Shown here: piece after piece, positions 30,103-43,750 of the stretch
How positions within the stretch are numbered: the first letter of the stretch is position 1
Layout of the letters: each line of letters opens with the position of its first letter
NCBI GenBank assembly: GCA_044892525.1
Contig: CM097885.1
Coordinates: forward strand, 50,532,001-50,596,000
Length of the DNA stretch: 64,000 nt
Reading direction: 5' to 3'
DNA from: Schmidtea polychroa
Lineage: Eukaryota
Notes under the pieces: generated by a model
The model's database searches: none
Told to the model about the DNA's origin: nothing
What the model saw: the letters and a program-made list of their open reading frames with translations, nothing else
Translations under genes and position numbers: made by a program

Positions 30103-30569
30103 AACGGCAATACAAAAGTACTCATCGATGACTCATTTAATTTTTTTTTTTGAACAAAGACAATGACTCATCATTTTTAGAACAAAGACATCTGTTTTCA
30201 GAACAAAGACAATGACGCGCCCATGGGATTTATTATTTATTACTATCAATAGTAATATTATTATTTATTATTATTATTTTCGAAGATATTTTCAAATTTA
30301 TTATTAATATTATTATTATGATTATTTATCAAGGTCATTTAAACAAAACCATGACTCATCCGCTGAGTCATCAAAGTCGTTCTATTTTTAGTAACAAAGA
30401 CTACTATTTTTAGTAACACACAGACATCTATTTTTAGTAACATTTTTGATCCGATCATTGATCCGATGACTCACCAAGGTTGTTGTATTTTTAGTAACAA
30501 AAACATCTATTTTTAGTAACGTTTTGGATCTATTTTTAGTAACATTTGTGAAGTACATATGACTCATCA

Positions 30570-30673
30570 TTTCTTAAACAAAGATATTATTATCATTATT
30601 ATTATTTTCAAAGTTATTTTGAAAATTCTTATTATTACTATTATTATTCTTATTCTTATTCTTATTCTTATTC

Positions 30674-30715
<42 letters not shown>

Positions 30716-30966
30716 TTTGCAAAGTTCTAATTATTATTTTATTTTAGAAGTTTCATTATTATTATTATTTACTTAAATATTCATAAAACTTAATTTCTAC
30801 GTCAATTTCATGATTTTCAACATTTTCATCATTTGCATGATTATTTTCAAAATTTTCACGATTTTCAACATTTTCAAATATTTTTCAAAGTATTATTTTC
30901 AAAGATTTATTTTCAAATTATTTTCAAAGATTTAATCAAAATTATTATTAATACTATTATTATTAA

Positions 30967-31042
<76 letters not shown>

Positions 31043-31622
31043 ATTTTTATTATTATTATTTGCGAAGTTCTTATTATTTTATTTTCGATGTTTTATTATT
31101 ATTTACTTAAATATTCATAAAACACAATTTCTGCATCAATTTACGATTTTCAATATTTGATGATTATTTTCAGGAACATTGTCATAATTTTGAACATTTT
31201 CATCATTTTCAATATTTTCACGATTTTCAACATTTTCACGATTTTCAACATTTTCATGATTATTATTTTTTCATTATTATTTTCAAAGAATTATTTTCAA
31301 AGAATTATTATTATTATTTTTTTTTTTATTATTATTATTTTTATTATTATTTGCAAACTTCTAATTATTATATTAATTTAGAAGTTTCATTATTATTATT
31401 TACTTAAATATTCATAAAACTTAATTTCTACGTCAATTACATGATTTTCAGCATTTTCATCATTTGCATGAATTTTAACAATTTTCTACATTTTCAATAT
31501 TTTCACGATTTTCAACATTTTCATGATTATTTCAGGAACTTTTCATCGAATATTTTTCAAAGTATTATTTTCAAAGAATTATTTTCAAATTATTTTCAAA
31601 TTATTTTCAAATTTTTTATCAA

Positions 31623-31656
<34 letters not shown>

Positions 31657-32085
31657 TGCAAAGTTCTTATTATTTTATTTTCGATGTTTTATTATTATTT
31701 ACTTAAATATTCATAAAACTTAATTTCTGCATCAATTTACGATTTTCAATATTTGATGATTATTTTCAGGAACATTTTCATAATGTTTAACGTTTTCATC
31801 CTTTTCAATATTTTCATCATTTTCAACATTTTCATCATTTTCAATATTTTCAGGAACATTTTCATAATTTTCAACGTCTTCATCATTTTCAACATTTTCA
31901 TCATTTTCTATATTTTCATGATTTTAACATTTTCATAATTTTCACGATTTTCAATATTTTCATCATTATTTTCTTCAAAATTCTTAGTTTATTTATAAAA
32001 TATTATTATTATCATTTTCAAAATTATTTTCAAATTTCTTATTATTTATTTCAAAGTATATTATTATTTTTATTATTATTATTAT
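30570..32085. repeat. Compound low-complexity array: about 300-bp unit x4 containing 9-bp (CATTTTCAA-like) and (ATT)n subrepeats; mirrored at about 40813-42328
   Basis: TTTACTTAAATATTCATAAAAC recurs at about 30768, 31102, 31399 and 31698. Confidence 0.85.
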
Positions 32086-32428
32086 ATATACTCCTAGTCT
32101 ACCCGACAAAATATTTTGTCCCCCTATGGGTACTGCTCACACTCAACAGGTTGCAAGGGTACTAGTCATGTTTATTATTATTGTTATACAATATGATGTT
32201 ACTTAGACATTTGAAGGTTCAACCATGGTTACAATTTCTACATTTTGAAAACTCTAATTTGATTGGCTATCTCAATTTTTATAAATGTAAAAACAAAAGT
32301 AATTTAGTTATTAAGAAATTTACTGATGATTTCTACAAATAAAACTGTTGAATATGTAAATCACAAAACACATTTGGTAACTTTATTATTTTGTCAATAT
32401 TTTTTATATATGTCACTTATGTCCTACT

Positions 32429-32963
32429 AGAAATAAGGAAAAATTAAGTCCAACCTATTCTGAAATTTCATTGAAATTTTTCAACAACACAGTTGAAGAT
32501 TTTATAAATAATCATGATACTTACAGTGATAAGCAAATCATAAATATTTTAAAAATTTTCAAACATTCCTCTATTGAATATTTGATTGATTTATTTAATT
32601 ATGATAAATGCATTTTGAAGTTATCTAGTTATTTAATGTATTTAGAAAAAACAGTGGTAAACAACGATTCACTGAATGAATTACTTTTGGAGTTGCATGT
32701 ATTTAAGGTTGAAACCGGGATATAGTAGATTGATTTATGAATGGATAGCAAAAGCCGACTTGATTGAAAATAAGCTAACGGAAAAACTGAACGATGTTAA
32801 GAAAAGGTATTTAACCTGTTCAATTTGTAAAGAAAATCAAGTTTCGATTTTGTATTTACCGTGTGGTCACGTAATTGTTTGTTCTAAGTGTCACGAGAAG
32901 AATGTTCGCAATCGTCAAGCCTGTTTAATACTGATTAATGAATATCATACTATATACATGTAA
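32429..32963 (+). pseudogene. Frameshifted gene with a C-terminal IAP/MDM2-type RING finger
   Basis: Overlapping ORFs 32471-32725 and 32676-32963. LTCSICKENQVSILYLPCGHVIVCSKC..RQAC..HTIYM*, where the 7th ligand codon is CGT, one base from Cys. Upstream are GATTGGCT (CCAAT box) and TATAAA at 32280. Confidence 0.72.
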
Positions 32964-35900
32964 GTTCTCAATACAAATCAATACAATATCAAAGTCAAAT
33001 GAATTATTAACAGACATAATGACGGTACTATAATGTAGGAAATTTTCAAACATTGAATAATATGAAATCAGCTTGGTAATTAATTATATTGGGCGCAACT
33101 ACCAAATGTTGATGATATGATGAAGGGAATGGTATTTATAATATTATTTTAAGATTATTCAAAATGAAATATAACCATGAGTTCATCAAAATGGAAAAAG
33201 ATCTTCGCAAGAACCATGAAGATGCTGGATGTATTGGTTATTATTTTTTCGGAAATAAATGTTTTAATTTGTTTTTATAAATTTATTGTTTTATTGTAAT
33301 ACTTTTTGATTAAAATATATTCATTTTGTTTTAATATTTGTATTAATTTTTTTATATAGTGGTTATTATATATATGGAAATTTACAATTATATATACAAT
33401 TATATTTACAATTATTATAAATCATAATGATGCTTTTCTTCTGTCCATTGATTTTCCTCTGATATTACTGCCATAATCATCTTCGACAAAATGTAAAGAT
33501 AATATTTCTAGTGTCTTTGTTAATTATGCCCATTTATTGCAAAGTCTTTGTTAATTATGCATTTGTATTGCAAATTTATTAGTTATACAATTATATTATT
33601 TTTTCATAATATTATTATTTTTAATTTTATTATTATGATTATTTAACAATACCATATAGCAAATTTTTAGGCAATTTAGTGAAAAGTACATGGTTATTTT
33701 AAATATATAACAATTTCTTAAGTAAAATATTTCCAGATAAATTTAAAAATTTAGTTAGAAATCCATGGTTTTTGGCTGTACCATTTAATTAAAATATTCT
33801 TGGATTCATAACAAATTTTTTATATAGTTGATAGTAATACCAATTATCTCAATTATTTAACTAGAAACATAACTGAATTCTTAGGTAATATAGTATTTTT
33901 TAGTTAATTTATAAATATTATCTGACATTTTGATGTATCAATGCAATATACAACAAATTAATCAATAAAAACCATAGCATATTGTAAGTTTTTATATATA
34001 GTCTGAATTTATCCGACAATATATTTTGTCCCCCTATGTGTATTTGTCGTAAGGGTACTGCTTACATTCAACATGTCGCAAGGGTACTGCTTACATTCAA
34101 CATGTCGCAAGGGTACTGCTTACATTCAACATGTCGCAAGGGTATATTAATTAAAGCACATGTATATTAGTTAAATTTTCTTAGGTAATTTAGTGAGAAA
34201 TGGATGATCATAGATATCAGAAATTCGTGAATATTTTGAATGTAACTTACCGAATTCTCATTTCGAGCGACTAATTTATTGGTTAACTTTGTCATGTTTA
34301 GTCATTTAAAATAATATTTAGCAAAAGGTAAGATATGAATATTTAGTATTTCATAGGTAATTTATTCATGTAATGTTCATTACAATAGTTAATATAACTT
34401 CGTGGGAAATGCATATTCATTAATAACAACATATATTCATTGATAATTTTGGTAGAAAGTCTTTATCATTTGGAGTAAATTTCTATCTTTGTTTGAGGCA
34501 AAAGGAGTCATAATAGAAACATGATCATTTAGTTATCATTTAACCAATTAAGGTGCTTATTAGTTAGAAATATAGGGTTACAATTCTTTTCTAATTTATT
34601 GAGATGATCATTGGGTGTAATATATCTTTGTGAGAAATACATGCTTAACATTATTAAATAGGGATTTTGAGTAACCTTTTACCAAAACAGCGATATTTTG
34701 TGCGAATAATTTAAGAATATTGGTTAATTTTCTCTTTTTTAGTCATTTAAAATAATATTTAACAAAGGTAATTTAGCAAAATATCATTGAAAGATTTATC
34801 CATCCGATAACTATATTTCTTCAATAGATTTTACCCTTAATATTCAACCGATTTAATTTCTAGAAATCTAATTAAAATCATAAAATATTTTCAATAAAGA
34901 TCAATTTTCTTTAGCTGTTGTCGATTTCCAACTTTTAAGTCAATATTTCTCAAGTTTTGTCACAGATATCCCCACAATGAATAAAATAACTTCTTAAATA
35001 AAATAATTTAATAACCTTTGATATCAATCCCAATTAATTCTAAAGATTTCAAATATTTCATTGTCAAAACCAAGTAAATAGATCATTAACCCTAAACGAC
35101 TTAATAAAACAATGGTTAATTAATAAAAATTGGTTCTAAAACATAAATTACTGTACAATAACATTCATCACAACCTAATAAAACGATATAATTTCACAGG
35201 AACTATTATTAATTCATAGCTAAATACTGACTATGTCCCTTTGATATTTTATCAATAAGAACATTGTCGATTTAAATAGAGATTTCAAACATTTCCGCCT
35301 TAACCGATCCCTCACTAAATATTTCTACCCCATTAAATACCCCCTTTAAAAATCATTTATTACCATCTTAACTGAACCTTCACTAAATCCAACCGACTTT
35401 AATATATCAATTCTCTTAAAATCCATAGAAAATTCTTCAAAATATGAATTTTATTTAATTGTTACAGACATCCTTCCATTGAAATAATTTAGTATCTAAA
35501 TTCATGTAGTAAGAGCCCACTAAAAGATCACTAAAATCAATATTTTCTACAAATATTTCACCACATTTACCATCAAATACCTAACTAGAAATGAAATATA
35601 TTGATCATAATTCTTCATCGATTCAGCCAATTATATAGCAATTATAACCGTGATATATCTTTCAAAATCACAAATTTCAGTATATTTTACAATAATTTTC
35701 AAGTAGATTTCAAATATATCATCATGATAAAATTAGCTGGTTTCAACTTTAGATTTTCAATATTTAAAAGTTCATCAATATTCGTAGAAAATATATGAAA
35801 GAATTATTTTGTCAATATCATTACAAAGTCATCATAAAAATTAAATAATAATCACTTGATTATTGTAAAAACTCTAATTATTAACCTAACTGTCATTAAA

Positions 35901-38900
35901 AATAATTTTTATTTAAAATTAAATTTAAAAACAAGTCAATAAAATATAGCAAATTATCCAGAAATTAATTAAATTTGTCTTAGAATTTAAATTAGACCTT
36001 AAATTTTCAATTATTCACAAAATGGTTAGTAATAATGTTAGTAAAATCCCGCTAACTCTAAAAATTACCAATGAATTTAATGCTAAATAATAACCAAATA
36101 TTTGCCTAAATAAAAACATTAAAACACACCAGTACCTTTACGACCAGTACCCCTACGAGCAGTACCATTTGTGAACAGTACCCATAGAGGGAGAAAATAT
36201 CTTGTCGGATAAACTCAGAGTATATATAATAAAACGAATTAACAATAACTCCATCAAATTAAATCAGCCAAATTAACACAAATTTTGATAAAAAATCTTA
36301 TTCTAAAATGGTAAGAAGCGTAAAGTCGAAAGATAATTTTAATAACACTCGAGATAAATTAACAATATTATTCTCAGATGGTAAGAATCTTCATTAAAGT
36401 TAGAAATTATAAGAACTAACAATTGCTATAAAGTATTTAATCGAATTTGGTTTTGTTGTTTTATGTCTTTCGGTTATATTTGAGTAAGATTTCGTGTGTC
36501 CCTTTTAACTTTGAATGCTAATTTTCATTGAAAAGAGTAATGTATCTTAAATTATCTTTTAGAATATTTGTTTTTGAAAATGAAATATTTAGTGTAAAAT
36601 AGTAAATTTAATAATAAATTGCTAATATATAAGGACTTAATCAAAATTTAAAATATGAATTTATCATAATTACTCAGTCAAATACCATTCACGGTTTCTT
36701 CTGTAATAAAATAATCATTTGGGTCAAAAATGGTACTGCTCGTAGGGGTACTGGTCGTAAAGGTACTGGTGTGTTTTAATGTTTTTATTTAGGCAAATAT
36801 TTGGTTATTATTTAGCATTAAATTCATTGGTAATTTTTAGAGTTAGCGGGATTTTACTAACATTATTACTAACCATTTTGTGAATAATTGAAAATTTAAG
36901 GTCTAATTTAAATTCTAAGACAAATTTAATTAATTTCTGGATAATTTGCTATATTTTATTGACTTGTTTTTAAATTTAATTTTAAATAAAAATTATTTTT
37001 AATGACAGTTAGGTTAATAATTAGAGTTTTTACAATAATCAAGTGATTATTATTTAATTTTTATGATGACTTTGTAATGATATTGACAAAATAATTCTTT
37101 CATATATTTTCTACGAATATTGATGAACTTTTAAATATTGAAAATCTAAAGTTGAAACCAGCTAATTTTATCATGATGATATATTTGAAATCTACTTGAA
37201 AATTATTGTAAAATATACTGAAATTTGTGATTTTGAAAGATATATCACGGTTATAATTGCTATATAATTGGCTGAATCGATGAAGAATTATGATCAATAT
37301 ATTTCATTTCTAGTTAGGTATTTGATGGTAAATGTGGTGAAATATTTGTAGAAAATATTGATTTTAGTGATCTTTTAGTGGGCTCTTACTACATGAATTT
37401 AGATACTAAATTATTTCAATGGAAGGATGTCTGTAACAATTAAATAAAATTCATATTTTGAAGAATTTTCTATGGATTTTAAGAGAATTGATATATTAAA
37501 GTCGGTTGGATTTAGTGAAGGTTCAGTTAAGATGGTAATAAATGATTTTTAAAGGGGGTATTTAATGGGGTAGAAATATTTAGTGAGGGATCGGTTAAGG
37601 CGGAAATGTTTGAAATCTCTATTTAAATCGACAATGTTCTTATTGATAAAATATCAAAGGGACATAGTCAGTATTTAGCTATGAATTAATAATAGTTCCT
37701 GTGAAATTATATCGTTTTATTAGGTTGTGATGAATGTTATTGTACAGTAATTTATGTTTTAGAACCAATTTTTATTAATTAACCATTGTTTTATTAAGTC
37801 GTTTAGGGTTAATGATCTATTTACTTGGTTTTGACAATGAAATATTTGAAATCTTTAGAATTAATTGGGATTGATATCAAAGGTTATTAAATTATTTTAT
37901 TTAAGAAGTTATTTTATTCATTGTGGGGATATCTGTGACAAAACTTGAGAAATATTGACTTAAAAGTTGGAAATCGACAACAGCTAAAGAAAATTGATCT
38001 TTATTGAAAATATTTTATGATTTTAATTAGATTTCTAGAAATTAAATCGGTTGAATATTAAGGGTAAAATCTATTGAAGAAATATAGTTATCGGATGGAT
38101 AAATCTTTCAATGATATTTTGCTAAATTACCTTTGTTAAATATTATTTTAAATGACTAAAAAAGAGAAAATTAACCAATATTCTTAAATTATTCGCACAA
38201 AATATCGCTGTTTTGGTAAAAGGTTACTCAAAATCCCTATTTAATAATGTTAAGCATGTATTTCTCACAAAGATATATTACACCCAATGATCATCTCAAT
38301 AAATTAGAAAAGAATTGTAACCCTATATTTCTAACTAATAAGCACCTTAATTGGTTAAATGATAACTAAATGATCATGTTTCTATTATGACTCCTTTTGC
38401 CTCAAACAAAGATAGAAATTTACTCCAAATGATAAAGACTTTCTACCAAAATTATCAATGAATATATGTTGTTATTAATGAATATGCATTTCCCACGAAG
38501 TTATATTAACTATTGTAATGAACATTACATGAATAAATTACCTATGAAATACTAAATATTCATATCTTACCTTTTGCTAAATATTATTTTAAATGACTAA
38601 ACATGACAAAGTTAACCAATAAATTAGTCGCTCGAAATGAGAATTCGGTAAGTTACATTCAAAATATTCACGAATTTCTGATATCTATGATCATCCATTT
38701 CTCACTAAATTACCTAAGAAAATTTAACTAATATACATGTGCTTTAATTAATATACCCTTGCGACATGTTGAATGTAAGCAGTACCCTTGCGACATGTTG
38801 AATGTAAGCAGTACCCTTGCGACATGTTGAATGTAAGCAGTACCCTTACGACAAATACACATAGGGGGACAAAATATATTGTCGGATAAATTCAGACTAT

Positions 38901-39934
38901 ATATAAAAACTTACAATATGCTATGGTTTTTATTGATTAATTTGTTGTATATTGCATTGATACATCAAAATGTCAGATAATATTTATAAATTAACTAAAA
39001 AATACTATATTACCTAAGAATTCAGTTATGTTTCTAGTTAAATAATTGAGATAATTGGTATTACTATCAACTATATAAAAAATTTGTTATGAATCCAAGA
39101 ATATTTTAATTAAATGGTACAGCCAAAAACCATGGATTTCTAACTAAATTTTTAAATTTATCTGGAAATATTTTACTTAAGAAATTGTTATATATTTAAA
39201 ATAACCATGTACTTTTCACTAAATTGCCTAAAAATTTGCTATATGGTATTGTTAAATAATCATAATAATAAAATTAAAAATAATAATATTATGAAAAAAT
39301 AATATAATTGTATAACTAATAAATTTGCAATACAAATGCATAATTAACAAAGACTTTGCAATAAATGGGCATAATTAACAAAGACACTAGAAATATTATC
39401 TTTACATTTTGTCGAAGATGATTATGGCAGTAATATCAGAGGAAAATCAATGGACAGAAGAAAAGCATCATTATGATTTATAATAATTGTAAATATAATT
39501 GTATATATAATTGTAAATTTCCATATATATAATAACCACTATATAAAAAAATTAATACAAATATTAAAACAAAATGAATATATTTTAATCAAAAAGTATT
39601 ACAATAAAACAATAAATTTATAAAAACAAATTAAAACATTTATTTCCGAAAAAATAATAACCAATACATCCAGCATCTTCATGGTTCTTGCGAAGATCTT
39701 TTTCCATTTTGATGAACTCATGGTTATATTTCATTTTGAATAATCTTAAAATAATATTATAAATACCATTCCCTTCATCATATCATCAACATTTGGTAGT
39801 TGCGCCCAATATAATTAATTACCAAGCTGATTTCATATTATTCAATGTTTGAAAATTTCCTACATTATAGTACCGTCATTATGTCTGTTAATAATTCATT
39901 TGACTTTGATATTGTATTGATTTGTATTGAGAAC

Positions 39935-40469
39935 TTACATGTATATAGTATGATATTCATTAATCAGTATTAAACAGGCTTGACGATTGCGAACATTCTT
40001 CTCGTGACACTTAGAACAAACAATTACGTGACCACACGGTAAATACAAAATCGAAACTTGATTTTCTTTACAAATTGAACAGGTTAAATACCTTTTCTTA
40101 ACATCGTTCAGTTTTTCCGTTAGCTTATTTTCAATCAAGTCGGCTTTTGCTATCCATTCATAAATCAATCTACTATATCCCGGTTTCAACCTTAAATACA
40201 TGCAACTCCAAAAGTAATTCATTCAGTGAATCGTTGTTTACCACTGTTTTTTCTAAATACATTAAATAACTAGATAACTTCAAAATGCATTTATCATAAT
40301 TAAATAAATCAATCAAATATTCAATAGAGGAATGTTTGAAAATTTTTAAAATATTTATGATTTGCTTATCACTGTAAGTATCATGATTATTTATAAAATC
40401 TTCAACTGTGTTGTTGAAAAATTTCAATGAAATTTCAGAATAGGTTGGACTTAATTTTTCCTTATTTCT
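39935..40469 (-). pseudogene. Mirror copy of the RING pseudogene
   Basis: Identical translations of ORFs 39935-40222 and 40173-40427. Confidence 0.72.
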
Positions 40470-41241
40470 AGTAGGACATAAGTGACATATATAAAAAATA
40501 TTGACAAAATAATAAAGTTACCAAATGTGTTTTGTGATTTACATATTCAACAGTTTTATTTGTAGAAATCATCAGTAAATTTCTTAATAACTAAATTACT
40601 TTTGTTTTTACATTTATAAAAATTGAGATAGCCAATCAAATTAGAGTTTTCAAAATGTAGAAATTGTAACCATGGTTGAACCTTCAAATGTCTAAGTAAC
40701 ATCATATTGTATAACAATAATAATAAACATGACTAGTACCCTTGCAACCTGTTGAGTGTGAGCAGTACCCATAGGGGGACAAAATATTTTGTCGGGTAGA
40801 CTAGGAGTATATATAATAATAATAATAAAAATAATAATATACTTTGAAATAAATAATAAGAAATTTGAAAATAATTTTGAAAATGATAATAATAATATTT
40901 TATAAATAAACTAAGAATTTTGAAGAAAATAATGATGAAAATATTGAAAATCGTGAAAATTATGAAAATGTTAAAATCATGAAAATATAGAAAATGATGA
41001 AAATGTTGAAAATGATGAAGACGTTGAAAATTATGAAAATGTTCCTGAAAATATTGAAAATGATGAAAATGTTGAAAATGATGAAAATATTGAAAAGGAT
41101 GAAAACGTTAAACATTATGAAAATGTTCCTGAAAATAATCATCAAATATTGAAAATCGTAAATTGATGCAGAAATTAAGTTTTATGAATATTTAAGTAAA
41201 TAATAATAAAACATCGAAAATAAAATAATAAGAACTTTGCA

Positions 41242-41275
<34 letters not shown>

Positions 41276-41858
41276 TTGATAAAAAATTTGAAAATAATTT
41301 GAAAATAATTTGAAAATAATTCTTTGAAAATAATACTTTGAAAAATATTCGATGAAAAGTTCCTGAAATAATCATGAAAATGTTGAAAATCGTGAAAATA
41401 TTGAAAATGTAGAAAATTGTTAAAATTCATGCAAATGATGAAAATGCTGAAAATCATGTAATTGACGTAGAAATTAAGTTTTATGAATATTTAAGTAAAT
41501 AATAATAATGAAACTTCTAAATTAATATAATAATTAGAAGTTTGCAAATAATAATAAAAATAATAATAATAAAAAAAAAAATAATAATAATAATTCTTTG
41601 AAAATAATTCTTTGAAAATAATAATGAAAAAATAATAATCATGAAAATGTTGAAAATCGTGAAAATGTTGAAAATCGTGAAAATATTGAAAATGATGAAA
41701 ATGTTCAAAATTATGACAATGTTCCTGAAAATAATCATCAAATATTGAAAATCGTAAATTGATGCAGAAATTGTGTTTTATGAATATTTAAGTAAATAAT
41801 AATAAAACATCGAAAATAAAATAATAAGAACTTCGCAAATAATAATAATAATAATAAT

Positions 41859-41931
<73 letters not shown>

Positions 41932-42182
41932 TTAATAATAATAGTATTAATAATAATTTTGATTAAATCTTTGAAAATAATTTGAAAATAAATCTTTGAA
42001 AATAATACTTTGAAAAATATTTGAAAATGTTGAAAATCGTGAAAATTTTGAAAATAATCATGCAAATGATGAAAATGTTGAAAATCATGAAATTGACGTA
42101 GAAATTAAGTTTTATGAATATTTAAGTAAATAATAATAATAATGAAACTTCTAAAATAAAATAATAATTAGAACTTTGCAAA

Positions 42183-42213
<31 letters not shown>

Positions 42214-43354
42214 AATAAGAATAAGAATAAGAATAAGAATAAGAATAAGAATAATAATAGTAATAATAAGAATTTTCAAAATAACTTTGAAAATAATAAT
42301 AATGATAATAATATCTTTGTTTAAGAAATGATGAGTCATATGTACTTCACAAATGTTACTAAAAATAGATCCAAAACGTTACTAAAAATAGATGTTTTTG
42401 TTACTAAAAATACAACAACCTTGGTGAGTCATCGGATCAATGATCGGATCAAAAATGTTACTAAAAATAGATGTCTGTGTGTTACTAAAAATAGTAGTCT
42501 TTGTTACTAAAAATAGAACGACTTTGATGACTCAGCGGATGAGTCATGGTTTTGTTTAAATGACCTTGATAAATAATCATAATAATAATATTAATAATAA
42601 ATTTGAAAATATCTTCGAAAATAATAATAATAAATAATAATATTACTATTGATAGTAATAAATAATAAATCCCATGGGCGCGTCATTGTCTTTGTTCTGA
42701 AAACAGATGTCTTTGTTCTAAAAATGATGAGTCATTGTCTTTGTTCAAAAAAAAAATTAAATGAGTCATCGATGAGTACTTTTGTATTGCCGTTTGTTTG
42801 ATATGTATATTATAAGGTTTGAAAAATTTAAACCATGGATCCTTTGACCTTCAAACTTGGACCATCATACTCATCTTTGAATTACCTTTTATTTGACATG
42901 TATATATCTATATGTATAATTTTTAAAGGTTTTGGACCCTTTGAAGGTTTGAAGGTTAAGGACCATTCATAAACCTTTGAAAGTATGACCATGATACTTA
43001 CATCTCAAATACCTTTCGTTTGATATGTATATTATAAGGTTTTAAAATTTTTGAACCTTGGACTCTTCGACCCTTGGACCTTCGAACTCACCATCAAAAG
43101 TCCTTTTGAATGATATATATATATTATATGGTTTGAAAAATATTTAATTTTGGACATCCTTTGAAGGTTATTGACCCACCATATACATTCGAGGGTATGA
43201 CCATTAGATAGACCTCCCAAATACCTTTCGAATGATATATATATATTACAAAGTTTGAAAAAATTCGAAGGTTTTTGACCCTTTGAAGGTTAAGGACCCA
43301 CCATACACCTTCGAGGGTATGACCATCAAACTTTCCTCTCATATACCTTTCGAA

Positions 43355-43445
<91 letters not shown>

Positions 43446-43750
43446 GGTTTGAAAACATTCGGAGGTTTTTGACCCTTTGAAGGTTAAGGACCCACCATAC
43501 ACATTCGAGGGTATGACCATCAAACTGACCTCTCAAATACCTTTCTAATGATACCCTTGGGTGAAGGTTTGACCTTATTTGACCTTTGGAAATTTAAATT
43601 TGAAATGAGTCACCCTTGATGAGTCATGTGCGATGAGTCATCGCCGGTGAGTCATGCGCGATGAGTCATGGATGACGTCATTTATGACTCACTGGGGGCG
43701 GGGGGTGGGGTAATGATGAGTCATGCAGCGCACTTGTACCTACTATTATA

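Larger units (their letters stand above)
29346..43744. mobile_element. Giant palindromic non-autonomous element with Polinton/Maverick-like ends (arms 29346-36170 and 36728-43744, spacer 36171-36727)
   Basis: Termini AGTAGGTACAAGTG...CACTTGTACCTACT; 6-bp TSD ATTATA (29340-29345, 43745-43750) confirmed against the uninterrupted 3' LTR. ORFs are mirrored (coordinate sum 72898). The Polinton assignment rests on the termini and TSD only. Confidence 0.85.

Noticed and set aside
30559..31938. Hydrophobic Ile/Phe-rich ORFs, and ENx-repeat frames on the opposite strand
   Set aside because: They are products of 9-bp and ATT repeat arrays with frequent frame breaks; there is no domain evidence.
36298..36390. 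Short direct repeat TTATTCT..ATGGTAAGAA in the palindrome spacer
   Set aside because: Only two imperfect copies in AT-rich DNA; insufficient to assign a function.
29346..43744. Palindrome as a sequencing or assembly fold-back artefact
   Set aside because: It has an exact TSD inside an LTR, distinct flanks that rejoin correctly, a unique spacer and real arm differences. Read-level confirmation is still advisable.
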